DNA of 64,000 bases. It comes from Clostridia bacterium. GTDB lineage: Bacteria > Bacillota > Clostridia > Christensenellales > UBA1242. The stretch is taken from positions 10,533 to 74,532 of the forward strand of contig JAZSJW010000010.1 in assembly GCA_045534555.1 (NCBI GenBank), in the 5' to 3' direction. Shown one piece after another: positions 30,695 through 41,441 of the stretch. The translations under genes were made by a program, and so were the position numbers. Under the pieces are notes generated by a model. It searched no databases. It saw only the letters and a list, made by a program, of their open reading frames with translations, and had not been told where the DNA came from. Numbering within the stretch: position 1 is the stretch's first letter; each line of letters starts with the position of its first letter.

Positions 30695-30716
30695 TTTTCT
30701 TGTATTGGAGGTAAAC

Positions 30717-31154
30717 ATGATTAACTTTTCAATCTACTTAACCACTATAGTTTATGCCGCTTTATATCACAAAAGAAAAGCTCAACCAAATGGTACAATA
30801 TATTTAACAGAAGACGAATTTAAGAAATACTTTAATCTTGTTATTAAAGATATTGAGGAAGAGCGAAACGTAGCAAATAGTTTCAGTTATAATATTGTTA
30901 CACAAGGGGAACCTACATATTCTTTAAATTTAGCCCCTGAAAAAGATAGAGAGCTTGTAAATAAAACTTCATTTTCCTATGATGCACAAACAAAAAGATA
31001 TTATACAAATGCTTCGCTTGATGGCTTAAGTTTAAAATCTGTTCACACTTATCCACAATCTATTGGAAACACTATTGTTCCAAGCGGATATGAACAAACA
31101 TTAAATATCAAAATAGACAAACAAACATCACAAGAAGAAGAACCAAATAAATAA
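30717..31154 (+). CDS. hypothetical protein with N-terminal TM helix
   Basis: ATG 30717 is preceded by GGAGG. 145 aa with no recognisable motif. Confidence 0.45.
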   Translation: MINFSIYLTTIVYAALYHKRKAQPNGTIYLTEDEFKKYFNLVIKDIEEERNVANSFSYNIVTQGEPTYSLNLAPEKDRELVNKTSFSYDAQTKRYYTNASLDGLSLKSVHTYPQSIGNTIVPSGYEQTLNIKIDKQTSQEEEPNK

Positions 31155-31410
31155 TAAAAAAAGGATTTTAACCAAGTTTTGTTAAAGTCCTTTTTTCTTG
31201 TTTTGCCATCTTTAATTTCAATAAAAATTTTTGAGCATATATAAAAAACAACTAAAAAGTGGCTCAAAACCCCATTTTTCCTAGCAAAAATCGTTTAAAA
31301 ACTTAAAAAATAATAAAAATTGTTTTACACACACAATAAAATTGTGCTAAAATTAACTTAATAAAAAGCAAGCAAAAACTTGTTTGTAAAACTCAAGGAG
31401 GACATTCTTT

Positions 31411-31683
31411 ATGAATAAAACCGAATTTTTAAGAGCTGTAGCTAATAAATCAGGCGCTACTATTAAAGACGCTACTGCTTTCTACGATGCTTTCGTTGAA
31501 ACAGTTAGAGAAGCTATGGAAAACAACGATAAAGTTGCTTTAATTGGTTTTGGTACATTCGAAGCTAAAAATAAACCAGCAAGAGAATGCACAAATCCTA
31601 TGACAGGTGCTAAAGTTAAAGTTGCTGCATGCAAAGCTCCTGTATTAAAATTTGGCAAAAACTTCAAAGATTCTATCAACTAA
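31411..31683 (+). CDS. hup: HU-family DNA-binding protein
   Basis: 90 aa. MNKTEFLRAVA..., GFGTFE, and a beta-arm region with NPMTGAKV. AAGGAGG RBS. Confidence 0.9.
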   Translation: MNKTEFLRAVANKSGATIKDATAFYDAFVETVREAMENNDKVALIGFGTFEAKNKPARECTNPMTGAKVKVAACKAPVLKFGKNFKDSIN

Positions 31684-31702
31684 TAAAATTTTTGAATAAA
31701 AA

Positions 31703-31730
31703 AGAACTACGTTTTGTAGTTCTTTTTTTT
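31703..31730. terminator. bidirectional intrinsic terminator
   Basis: Stem AGAACTAC (31703-31710) / GTAGTTCT (31716-31723), with an A-run before and a T-run after. Lies between hup and the convergent protease gene. Confidence 0.7.
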
Positions 31731-31732
31731 GT

Positions 31733-34700
31733 CTAAACATTTCTATTTTTCTTTCTATAACCATAATAGAATAGTAAAGCAATACATACAGCTATTGAAA
31801 TGAGAATTATTTTTCCTGCCATCGTTAGTGACATTTTATAAACAGGAGTAACATCTAACTCTCCTGTTACTGTTTGACCAACTTCACCCCATCTAATAAA
31901 TTCATATTCAAACAAGAAACCACTCTTTTTCTCTGGAGCCTTAATATCTTGGTTAACACTTTCTCCAAAGCCCAAAGTTTTGGTTACAATTAAATTTCCA
32001 TCTTCATCATAATAGCTTATTTGATATTGCATCTCTTTAATGTTATATTCCGCATACACTGTCATACTTTGAGTAATACCGCTTAGCTTTTGTGACCAAC
32101 CTGAGAAGCCATATTGATACTGATTATTAGAAATCTTTGTTGGGTGTGGAGTTTCACTTTCCTCTATTGAAGTCTGTCCCTTCCTTAATAGTGTTTCACC
32201 CAAATATGAGCCATCTGTATCTCTGTATGTTACCACTATAAAGGCAGATTTTATATGTTCAGCAGCCCATAAGTGTTCACTATTGAAGTGTTCCTCACTT
32301 AAGAAATATGTTTCATTATAAATATCAAAATCACCTTCCCCAAGGTTATCATTTGATACATTCATGTTTGAAACAATTGAAACACCTGAACCCATTTGAT
32401 TATTCGCAATTAAAACATCTTCTTGATTTGTATGTGTTTTATTTGTAATTGTTATATTTACTGCTGAAGCAAGCTCTGCATGAGTTCCACCAATTATACT
32501 TCCGGCAGATGATAAAACATCATCAAAAACATAGTAAATATCTCCTATTTGTTTACAACCATCTATTAATATATTCATAGTTGGTTGAACATGAGCACCA
32601 CCAACACCTAAAGCACCAATATATCCTCCAATATAAGCCCCATAGCTATAACTAACTACATCACCAATATTAATCGAATTTATTATATTTAAGTTCTTAA
32701 TTAAAGATACCCCAACCATGCTTCCTGCAATAGGTCTATAATATGAACTTGAGCCTTCGCTATATATAGAATTATATTCTTCTCCTGTAACAGAAATTTT
32801 ACCCTTATTCATATGATTGATAATATTTAATGTAGAAACTGTTGTTTTTTCCGCATTAGTAATATAGCCAACAACTCCACCAGCAATTCTGCCACTTATA
32901 TTTACGTCTGTATTACAATTTGAAATTGTTGAAACAAATCCGTCTTGTGCAAAGCTTCCAGTAACCCCATCTAAAACAGAAACAATACCACCAACAATAA
33001 AGTTTGAAGTAATATTTCCGCCCACAACTGAAGCATTATCAATATTAACAGATAGGTATGCTTTAGATACTATAGAGCTTGCATATGAGCCTCTATTATT
33101 TATATTTTCAAGTTTAACATTTTTGATAGTTGGAATATACACATCAGCACCATCAACAGCAATATTTGTATTTCCAAATAATGCTGGTAAATATTCTGTT
33201 AATTGATAATTTGATCCTGTAGTGTTTAATCCTTGAACAGAATAAGCTCCAATCGCATTCATATTTACTATAGAATGGCCATCTCCATCAAAAGTTCCTG
33301 AGAATGAACATACTTCATATCCGGTAGTAAGACCTTCCTCTATCGTAATATAAGAAGCACCTATACCAACCCATATCTTACCAGATAAATCAATATCCGC
33401 ACCCAATTTATAGCTCTTTGTTGAATAATAAGAGTTATAATATTTTGATGATATCAAACTCGCCATCAAAGCTAGCTGTTCTGGTGTTGTTATAATAAAT
33501 GGGTCACTCTCTGAACCTGAACCACTGCTAAACCCTCCAGCCGAATAATTGAGCCAAAAGTCAGAATCTCTAAAGACAGGTAAAGAATTTTCTTCCTTTA
33601 TTTCATAAGTGGAAACAAAATCAAAAGCTTCAATGCCATCAAGTATTGTCCAATTACTTGCCCTTAAATAATAATTTTTATTATCGAAATCAAAAGAACC
33701 CTCAAAAATTTCATCAGATATAGTCTTGCTATCTTTAATTTTTATATGAGAACCCGTCAATGATGTTGAACATAGTTCCAAGCCCTCTTGTTTTTTGATT
33801 GTTGAATTTTCAATATATAAAGTACCTTGTCCAACCTCACCCGTAAATACACCAATTAGTAAAGCCTTATTTGTGGTTTCATTTTGAACATTAATTGATG
33901 AAGCCACTTTTGCACTTAATATTAAGTTGCTTACAACATCTGGTGTTTGAGCTGAACTATCACTAATATCTTTAAATCCAAGTTCACCAACAAGTCCTCC
34001 AATAACGGCACCTTGTCCAGCATCTTGAAGAGTTGCAATTGTTATTACGTTAACTAAATATATAGCATTTGCTCTTCCAACAACACCACCAACAATATTT
34101 CCTGTTAGTGTGCCTGTTGTATATGAACTTGCAATATAGCCTGATAAATGTAAATTTACAGAGCTGTTTATTGGTGTTGAAAATTCAGAAGCTAATCCTC
34201 CAACGATTAAACCTTCTAAATCTGCCGATACATAAGAGTTAACAATTTTTTCTCCGCCCATTTGATTAATTACCAAACCTGCTAAACCACCAACATTTTC
34301 ACCTATTATATTTAGGTCTGAGCTACAGCCCGAAATTGTTCCTTGTAAAAGGCCCGCTATAGCTCCAGCATATTCTGCCTTAGTTGTTGTTGTTCCCTCA
34401 CCAACTCTAATATCATAGATATATGAATTTGCTCCAGTATAATTAAATAACCCTGCATATACATCATCTTGATTGCCGCTTATGTTTAATCCTTTTATTT
34501 TCTTTCCGCCACCATTAAAAACACCATCAAAAGGATTATCTATAGTACCTATACCAATCCATGGTATATTCTCTAAATCTAAATCTGCATTGACTTGATA
34601 TCTTGCAGTTGCATATGAAGCATCTTTCGCTTCATTAATGTAATAAGCAACAGATGCTAAGTCTGCAACGGTATTAATTTTATATGGATTTGCGAGCGTT

Positions 34701-36451
34701 CCTGCACCTTGTAAATATTGTAATGAGCTTCCATTCCATATTTCAATTCCTGTATAACCAGGCAAATCTACAGAAGCAAAAGCAAATTCAACATCTAAAA
34801 TATTTGCTTTTGAATAATTTAGTTCTTCTGCCGACTGCAACATAAGTGCCGCAAACTCAACAAATGTAACATCTACACTTAATTTGCTTAATGTTTGATA
34901 CCAAAGTTTTAGTATGTTGGATTTATTAAAGAACTCTGGGTCTCTTTTGTACATAATATAAGTTGCATAAGTCATTAATGTACTATTATAATGCACGCCA
35001 CCATTATCACAATCTTCATGAGAACATGCTGAATTATTGCATAGTGGATATAAATCTTCATAACTTGCAGCACAGCCAGGTATTGCCGTTGGATTTGACA
35101 TATCTCTAAAATATCTGTTACTTGCAATATAAATATCTTCACCCATTCTCCAGAAGTTTGCATCAGATAATTCATAACCTTCAATACATGCACCAAAAAT
35201 ATCTGAATAAGCTTCACATATTGCACCAGATTCGTTAAAATACTCAAGTTGAACAACACTGTCTGTTATTGAGTGTTGATATTCGTGACCAACAACATCT
35301 AATCCGTTTACAAAAGAACTTGTTCCTTTTGCAATATTTCCATCACCAAAATAAAAATAACCCGTAGTAGAACTATCATAAGGTAAATAAAAGGCGGCAT
35401 TTTCATAGTTGTTATCGTAGTGCACAATAGCTATTAATTTTATTTCTTTACCTTTAGGATTTGTTAGCCCATCAATAGAAACACCAAAGTTGTTAGCATC
35501 TAGATAAAAATCATAACACTGCATAATATAATCGTATGCTCGTACAGCTATTTCATCATTAAATGCCCCAGAAGCACTATGTGATGTATAATACAAACCA
35601 TCATTATCACTTTGATTATCACCATCAGTGACATATATAGCCCTTTCGCTGTCTCCTAAAAGATAAAAACTTTCCTCGGTTGTTTTGCTTGTATACTTAT
35701 CAACATATAATGTTACCGTTTCGCCTTTTACATTAGTATATGTTGTTGAAACTTTTTCTCTTGTATAATCATCTAAACTTGGCAACTTCGAAATTTGATC
35801 AGTTAACGAAGTTGTTGCTTTTACCACTTTTTTAATTGCTAAATCTTCACTTGAAACGAATACTCTATAAATATCCCCAAGCATGTGAACTTCATATACA
35901 TATGCTAAGTAGCCCTTTTCTTCAGGCATTATATTCTTTTCTAAATATGTAATTTGTTCTGTATCATAATTTTTAATTATTGCCTCTAAAGCTTCTTCTA
36001 TAGAAAACTCAGTTTCTAGCTTAGGTTCTAAGTTTTTATAATATGAACTGTTAATTGAAGTAACTCTACCTTCTGAATTTACATTTACTATAACCTCAGA
36101 GCCATAAACCCTAATATTTTTATAATACTGGTCAAATCTATAAACTACTCCAGTAACATTTTGAACTTTTCTAGTAAACTTCAAAACATCTCTACTAGAC
36201 TTAAAATCAAATGTATCTTTGAAATCATCTAAAACATCTAAAGCATCTTCACTATTATCTACTTTATGCCCAACAAAATCACCCGTAATAAGTGTTATTT
36301 CATTATTGTTGGATTTTATATCAAAATCGGCATTTGCAAAAACACTCTCTTTAGGAGAAACAAACACGGTAAAGATTGGCAATATAATAACAACCACTAA
36401 TAAATACACACACCATCTAAACTTAAATCTATTCATTCTTACAAACTCCAA
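31733..36451 (-). CDS. M4 (thermolysin-like) zinc metalloprotease fused to GLUG-type repeats, Listeria-Bacteroides-type repeats and a C-terminal TM anchor
   Basis: N-terminal signal/TM. HExxH in VVGHEYQHSITD, third ligand EAYSDIFG, and GGVHYNS. Many G-G-[LVI]-[AV]-G (GLUG-like) units. Near the C-terminus YGFSGWS and FIRWGE repeats, ending in a hydrophobic helix plus RKKNRNV. Confidence 0.8.
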   Translation of the reverse strand: MEFVRMNRFKFRWCVYLLVVVIILPIFTVFVSPKESVFANADFDIKSNNNEITLITGDFVGHKVDNSEDALDVLDDFKDTFDFKSSRDVLKFTRKVQNVTGVVYRFDQYYKNIRVYGSEVIVNVNSEGRVTSINSSYYKNLEPKLETEFSIEEALEAIIKNYDTEQITYLEKNIMPEEKGYLAYVYEVHMLGDIYRVFVSSEDLAIKKVVKATTSLTDQISKLPSLDDYTREKVSTTYTNVKGETVTLYVDKYTSKTTEESFYLLGDSERAIYVTDGDNQSDNDGLYYTSHSASGAFNDEIAVRAYDYIMQCYDFYLDANNFGVSIDGLTNPKGKEIKLIAIVHYDNNYENAAFYLPYDSSTTGYFYFGDGNIAKGTSSFVNGLDVVGHEYQHSITDSVVQLEYFNESGAICEAYSDIFGACIEGYELSDANFWRMGEDIYIASNRYFRDMSNPTAIPGCAASYEDLYPLCNNSACSHEDCDNGGVHYNSTLMTYATYIMYKRDPEFFNKSNILKLWYQTLSKLSVDVTFVEFAALMLQSAEELNYSKANILDVEFAFASVDLPGYTGIEIWNGSSLQYLQGAGTLANPYKINTVADLASVAYYINEAKDASYATARYQVNADLDLENIPWIGIGTIDNPFDGVFNGGGKKIKGLNISGNQDDVYAGLFNYTGANSYIYDIRVGEGTTTTKAEYAGAIAGLLQGTISGCSSDLNIIGENVGGLAGLVINQMGGEKIVNSYVSADLEGLIVGGLASEFSTPINSSVNLHLSGYIASSYTTGTLTGNIVGGVVGRANAIYLVNVITIATLQDAGQGAVIGGLVGELGFKDISDSSAQTPDVVSNLILSAKVASSINVQNETTNKALLIGVFTGEVGQGTLYIENSTIKKQEGLELCSTSLTGSHIKIKDSKTISDEIFEGSFDFDNKNYYLRASNWTILDGIEAFDFVSTYEIKEENSLPVFRDSDFWLNYSAGGFSSGSGSESDPFIITTPEQLALMASLISSKYYNSYYSTKSYKLGADIDLSGKIWVGIGASYITIEEGLTTGYEVCSFSGTFDGDGHSIVNMNAIGAYSVQGLNTTGSNYQLTEYLPALFGNTNIAVDGADVYIPTIKNVKLENINNRGSYASSIVSKAYLSVNIDNASVVGGNITSNFIVGGIVSVLDGVTGSFAQDGFVSTISNCNTDVNISGRIAGGVVGYITNAEKTTVSTLNIINHMNKGKISVTGEEYNSIYSEGSSSYYRPIAGSMVGVSLIKNLNIINSINIGDVVSYSYGAYIGGYIGALGVGGAHVQPTMNILIDGCKQIGDIYYVFDDVLSSAGSIIGGTHAELASAVNITITNKTHTNQEDVLIANNQMGSGVSIVSNMNVSNDNLGEGDFDIYNETYFLSEEHFNSEHLWAAEHIKSAFIVVTYRDTDGSYLGETLLRKGQTSIEESETPHPTKISNNQYQYGFSGWSQKLSGITQSMTVYAEYNIKEMQYQISYYDEDGNLIVTKTLGFGESVNQDIKAPEKKSGFLFEYEFIRWGEVGQTVTGELDVTPVYKMSLTMAGKIILISIAVCIALLFYYGYRKKNRNV

Positions 36452-36661
36452 TTATTTTATATATTATATTATAATAAAATCGTTTTTTTTCGTCAAATAA
36501 ACCTAAATGTTATTATAATATTTTATAAATTTAGTATTAGCAATCTCTAAAAAAAAAATTACAGTACCCGATTAAATTTAATAAAACGTGATGTTTTGTT
36601 TTTGGGGTTTAAAAACTTTTCTTGTGTAAATAATTACTAAAAATCATAAGGAGATAAATAT

Positions 36662-37912
36662 ATGAACCCATTCGAATTAACAGTTAAACCAGCAGAAGAA
36701 AACTTTATGGATTTAAAAAAAATGTATCCAAAAGCTTACAACAAAAACACTACTTCACCCTATACTAAAACAAGAATTATACTACTAAATGGTGCCGAGT
36801 TTGAGTCCACTTGGTTTATGCATCACTTTGCAAGAAATTGTGATAATGATGAAATTAAAAGAGAACTTGCAGTAATTAGAGCTGAAGAGCAAATGCAACA
36901 AAAACGTTTAAGTTGTTTAAAACCTTTAAATGAAAGTATTTTAGAAACAACTATTGCTTATGAACAACTCGCAATTGATTTAACCGCAACCCTTGCTCAA
37001 AATGAAAAAGATGAGAACAGTCGTAAAGCTTTAGATTTCGCTCTTTTAGAGGATTTCGACCATCTATACCGATTTGCAAATCTTTTTGCATTAGACAAAA
37101 ATAAAGAAGCTGCAGGGCTTGTTGGTAAACTTACTGAAATTATGCCGGGTAGGCCAACTATTGCCCACCACAGACACCCTAAAGATAACATTAAAAAGCC
37201 AATGAATGCAAAAAAGGCAGACCTGTACTCAAAATTAGTGGCATCTATCATTACAGCTGCCGAACAGCAAACAATGAACTACTACATGAATATTGCCCAA
37301 TGGTATAAAAATGACCTTGGTAGAAAACTTTATGCAGAAATTGCCATGGTTGAAGAAGAGCATGTATCTCAGTATGAAAGTTTAAAAGACCCAACTTGTA
37401 CCTGGCTTGAACAATGGGTTTTACATGAATATTGTGAATGCTATCTATATTATAGTGCTATGCAAGAAGAGAAAGATGAGTACATTAAAAGCATTTTTGA
37501 AGACCATTTTTATATGGAAGTTTCTCATTTACAAAGAGCAACAGCCTTACTTGAAAAGCACGAAAACGGAAACTATAAAAAAGTTATTGGAAGCGATGGA
37601 GAATTTCCTACCCTATTAAAACTTGGAACAAATAAACAATATGTTCGTGACGTCTTAGAAAGAACCGTAACCTTAACAGGAAACAGAAATGATTATATTG
37701 ATGTTTACAGCCTACCTAATGACGCAGATTTCTTTAATTATCAAAGTTTAATTATTCCAACAGAAAATGACGTTCCTAGTCACCTAGTAATTGAAAAAGC
37801 CATCAAAGTTCTCGGTAAGGATTATCGTTATGAAGATAAGAAAAATCCTATTAAAGAACTTCAAGACCGAAAGAAAGATAACACAACTGTCGGTAGAACA
37901 AAATCTAAATAA
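36662..37912 (+). CDS. ferritin-like / di-iron-carboxylate-fold protein (tentative)
   Basis: ExxH-type motif MVEEEHVSQYE and Glu-rich helices (IRAEEQMQQ, LLEDFDHLY) suggest a ferritin-like four-helix bundle. No firmer assignment is possible by eye. Confidence 0.35.
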   Translation: MNPFELTVKPAEENFMDLKKMYPKAYNKNTTSPYTKTRIILLNGAEFESTWFMHHFARNCDNDEIKRELAVIRAEEQMQQKRLSCLKPLNESILETTIAYEQLAIDLTATLAQNEKDENSRKALDFALLEDFDHLYRFANLFALDKNKEAAGLVGKLTEIMPGRPTIAHHRHPKDNIKKPMNAKKADLYSKLVASIITAAEQQTMNYYMNIAQWYKNDLGRKLYAEIAMVEEEHVSQYESLKDPTCTWLEQWVLHEYCECYLYYSAMQEEKDEYIKSIFEDHFYMEVSHLQRATALLEKHENGNYKKVIGSDGEFPTLLKLGTNKQYVRDVLERTVTLTGNRNDYIDVYSLPNDADFFNYQSLIIPTENDVPSHLVIEKAIKVLGKDYRYEDKKNPIKELQDRKKDNTTVGRTKSK

Positions 37913-38009
37913 AAAATAAAAAAGATTTAGCTTATTGCTATTTCTTTTTTATTTATTTTTACAAGTTAGCCTTTATATGATATAATAAATAAAAACAAAG
38001 GATAATTTT

Positions 38010-38789
38010 ATGGAAAATAAAAAGAAAACACCCAGCGAAATTCATAAACATCACAGAATTAGAAGAAAAGCATCTTTTCTAAATTCTGGTTTTTCTTCAT
38101 TCTCAGACATAGAAAAACTTGAGTTTATATTATTTTATTCTATTAGTCAAAAAGACACAAACCCTATAGCACATAATTTAATTGATGCTTTTGGTTCTTT
38201 TGATGCAGTACTAGAAGCACCTATTGAAAAATTAAAAGAAGTTGAAGGTGTTGGTGAACATTCAGCCATACTTTTACATCTGTTTCTAGATGTTATTAGT
38301 GAATATGGTAAAAGCAAATGTAAATCTGTAATTCAGGCAACTAGTGAAGCAAAGAAATATTGTATGAATTTATTTCTTGGCTCTAATGTTGAAGAATTTT
38401 ATGTAATATGCCTTAGCGCCGGCAATAGTGTAATTGCCACAAAGAAAATAAACACAGGTAATTCAAGTGAAGTAAATGTTGAAATTAGAAAAATTAATGA
38501 ATTTGCATTAAATAGTCATTGTTCAAAAATTATAATTACCCATAATCACCCAAACGGTAAAGCTTATCCTTCAGATGAAGACATTTCTTTTACTAGCAAA
38601 ATAATCCTTAATTGTTTAATGAATGATATTGAAGTTCTTGACCACATAATAGTCTCAAAAGAAAAACAGTTTTCTTTTATGGCTTCAAAGATGCTTATAG
38701 AAATAAGAAATGACGTTGCAAGAAAATACTTTAAAAACACATCAAAAGTTAACGCGCCTAAAGTTAATTACATAATTGACGAAGAATAA
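38010..38789 (+). CDS. radC: RadC-like JAB-domain protein
   Basis: HhH region LKEVEGVGEHSA and the JAMM motif ITHNHPNGKAYPSDEDISFT. Confidence 0.8.
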   Translation: MENKKKTPSEIHKHHRIRRKASFLNSGFSSFSDIEKLEFILFYSISQKDTNPIAHNLIDAFGSFDAVLEAPIEKLKEVEGVGEHSAILLHLFLDVISEYGKSKCKSVIQATSEAKKYCMNLFLGSNVEEFYVICLSAGNSVIATKKINTGNSSEVNVEIRKINEFALNSHCSKIIITHNHPNGKAYPSDEDISFTSKIILNCLMNDIEVLDHIIVSKEKQFSFMASKMLIEIRNDVARKYFKNTSKVNAPKVNYIIDEE

Positions 38790-38796
38790 TAAAAGC

Positions 38797-38822
38797 CCTT
38801 GATATAATCAAGGACTTTTTAT
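38797..38822. terminator. bidirectional intrinsic terminator
   Basis: Stem CCTTGA (38797-38802) / TCAAGG (38808-38813) followed by a T-run. Lies between convergent radC and lysK. Confidence 0.5.
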
Positions 38823-38826
38823 TTTA

Positions 38827-40386
38827 TTAAAATTTCAACAATGATTTTAACTTATCATTATTAACCGCAAGCAAGAATATTCCAAGTTTTGGACCTTGCT
38901 TTGCACCAAGAAGTAAATTATAAAGAATTTCAAAATATCTTTTTTGAACTTTCTTTAAATCTTGTGGCTCAAGGTTTAGATATTTCACAACACCATAAAG
39001 ATCTGTCATTAATTCATCACTTGTATTATAAGTATTATCTATAAGTTCAATTGTTTTATTAACCCATAATTTTTCATCATCGTTTAATGTGTTATAAAAT
39101 TCAGTATTCTTTTCTGTTAATAGGTTAACTTGATATTCTTTTCCGTAATTTTCAACCCAGAATTTAGCTCTTTCAAGTCTTTCTTTATAGTATTCTGAAG
39201 AAGTATCAGTGTTTTCTTTTTCCATAAGTTTAGCTAGCATTTCTTCGTTGAAGTTTACAATTGGTAAAAATGTTGCCAAATAACTAAAGTTTGGATAATT
39301 AGCATATGATTTTGCATCAACTTTAGTAAACTCAAGTATCTGCTTGTTTCCTTCGTCAATTCTTTCTTCATTTAACATTTTTACATATCTATCAAATTCA
39401 CTATAATATCTAATAACATCATTATCAAAAGCAATATTAAAGTTTTGCATTGGTTTATATTTTGCATAGAACCACAAAATCAAATGCTTGTCATAAATTT
39501 TTAAAAGATCTGTCAATGTTAAAACGTTACCAGTAGAAGAACTCATCTTTGCCCCACCACCTTTAATACCTATAAAGTTATAAGGCTCATAAATTGGAGG
39601 TTCAAAACCAAATATTTCTCTAGAAATTCTAACCGCAACATCTTTGCTTCCGTTTGCTGTAGAGTGATCCATACCACCAGACTCAAAAATTACATTTTCT
39701 GCTTGCCAACGCATAGGCCAGTCAACTTTCCATTGAAGCTTGATGTTTCTTGCACTCATAACATTGATTGTTTCTACATGTCCACATTCACATTTATAAA
39801 CAATATCACCAGTTTTTTCATCATAACTAACAATACCTTTTGTTTCTTTTCCACAACCAGAGCAATACACACTTAAAGGATAAAAGTTATCTCTTTCACC
39901 CTCTTCTGCATCTTGAGTTCTAAAACTATCGATAATATCAAAAATTTCTTTACGTTTATCCATAGCAAGCTTAATCTTTTCTGCATATCTACCGCTTCTA
40001 TATTCTTTTGCTTGATAAATACATTCAACTTCAATTCCAACTTGCTTTAGTTCGTTTAAAAATCTCTTTTCAAAGTATTCTGCATAAGACTCATTTTCTG
40101 AAAATGGGCTAGGAATATCAACATATGGTTTTCCAATGTACTTCACATAGTCACTAGGTATATTACCTGGCACTTTTCTAAATCTATCAAACTCATCAAT
40201 AGATAAAATAAATCTAACTTTCTTTCCTAATTTTCTTAAAGCACAAGCAACAAAATAAGGTGTTACAATTTCTCTGAAGTTTCCAATATGAACAAATCCT
40301 GATGGACTAACACCAGAGGCGATTGTATAAACATCTTCATTTGGTCTTTCCTTTACAATTCTCTCAGCAAATTCTTCTGCCCACAT
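38827..40386 (-). CDS. lysK: lysine--tRNA ligase, class I
   Basis: HIGH-type SGFVHIGNFRE, KMSKS-type GAKMSSSTGN and a Cys-knuckle insertion CSGCGKETKG...YKCECGH. The ~520-aa length is typical of class-I LysRS. Confidence 0.85.
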   Translation of the reverse strand: MWAEEFAERIVKERPNEDVYTIASGVSPSGFVHIGNFREIVTPYFVACALRKLGKKVRFILSIDEFDRFRKVPGNIPSDYVKYIGKPYVDIPSPFSENESYAEYFEKRFLNELKQVGIEVECIYQAKEYRSGRYAEKIKLAMDKRKEIFDIIDSFRTQDAEEGERDNFYPLSVYCSGCGKETKGIVSYDEKTGDIVYKCECGHVETINVMSARNIKLQWKVDWPMRWQAENVIFESGGMDHSTANGSKDVAVRISREIFGFEPPIYEPYNFIGIKGGGAKMSSSTGNVLTLTDLLKIYDKHLILWFYAKYKPMQNFNIAFDNDVIRYYSEFDRYVKMLNEERIDEGNKQILEFTKVDAKSYANYPNFSYLATFLPIVNFNEEMLAKLMEKENTDTSSEYYKERLERAKFWVENYGKEYQVNLLTEKNTEFYNTLNDDEKLWVNKTIELIDNTYNTSDELMTDLYGVVKYLNLEPQDLKKVQKRYFEILYNLLLGAKQGPKLGIFLLAVNNDKLKSLLKF

Positions 40387-40511
40387 AATTTTTCTCCTTA
40401 TGTTATCAAATATAAATAATTATATAATAATTATAAACAACACTTTAAAAATGTCAACCTTTTGCTAAAACTAAGTTTTAGCTAAAAAAATAAAACCGGA
40501 TTTCTCCGATT

Positions 40512-41441
40512 TTATATTGTTAGTATTATACCATTATCTTTTGATGAATTAACACCCGCCTTAATCTCTATTTCACCAAAGAAATCCATACCTAAAATTA
40601 AAATATTACCAAAGTCTTTTCCAAACTTTTCAACAGTCATATTGTCTTCCTCTGGAAATATAAAATCAACCAATAAATTTAACAGTATTTCACTATCTTC
40701 CGCAGTCCTACCATTTACAGATAATGAACCATCATCTGTTACCCAATTTCCTTGCTCGTTCTTTTGCATATCATAATCAATGGTTATATATAGCTTCTTT
40801 GGAACAATCATATTAAGCAAAAACAATGGTGTATCCATCTCATTTGCCATTTGTGTTCGAACTGCAGTTGTATCAATTTTACAAGTGAAAGAGACATTTG
40901 CACTGTCTGTATCATAAATTGGATTTTCGTCGCCGTCAGAACCAACTTTATTAGGGGTTATAATTAATTCTAGTACGTTTATATTAATTGTATCAATATA
41001 TTTAATATTTGGAAGTTTACTAGCCAAAATTCCACTTTCGCTTTGTAGCATTTGGTCTAATAGCGAAGCTATTTCTTTATCTGAGAACTCATACTGACCA
41101 GAAACCAAAGAACTCCTATCAATACCTTCATATATTAACATATAATCTAAATTACCCTCTTCGTTTACTGGATAATTAGCATCTTTTAATTTTTTTGTTG
41201 CGGACTTTAAATCCGCGAGCAAATAACCATTACTAATCATTTCTTTTTCACCAGGCGAATTATATAAAGTTTTCACCATAGCAACTAAATCATGCATATT
41301 ATCTATGTTATAAGCCTTAAAATATTTAGGTACAATAAGTTTATCTAAAGCAAAATACACGCCAAAAACAATGGCTACCAAAGTAGCCAATACTGCGAAT
41401 AATCTTATAAAAAAACTTGATCTTTTGCGTTTCCTTTCCAT
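40512..41441 (-). CDS. membrane-anchored hypothetical protein
   Basis: Basic N-terminus plus one TM helix (FFIRLFAVLATLVAIVFGVYFAL), then a soluble domain with no known motif. Confidence 0.5.
   Translation of the reverse strand: MERKRKRSSFFIRLFAVLATLVAIVFGVYFALDKLIVPKYFKAYNIDNMHDLVAMVKTLYNSPGEKEMISNGYLLADLKSATKKLKDANYPVNEEGNLDYMLIYEGIDRSSLVSGQYEFSDKEIASLLDQMLQSESGILASKLPNIKYIDTININVLELIITPNKVGSDGDENPIYDTDSANVSFTCKIDTTAVRTQMANEMDTPLFLLNMIVPKKLYITIDYDMQKNEQGNWVTDDGSLSVNGRTAEDSEILLNLLVDFIFPEEDNMTVEKFGKDFGNILILGMDFFGEIEIKAGVNSSKDNGIILTI

Noticed and set aside
30666-30716. TTG start codons proposed by the ORF track at 30666 and at 56585.
   Set aside because: Both TTGs are the first bases of TTGACA -35 hexamers with well-spaced -10 boxes. 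Downstream ATGs with GGAGG/AAGGAG RBS (30717 and 56633) are the more likely starts.
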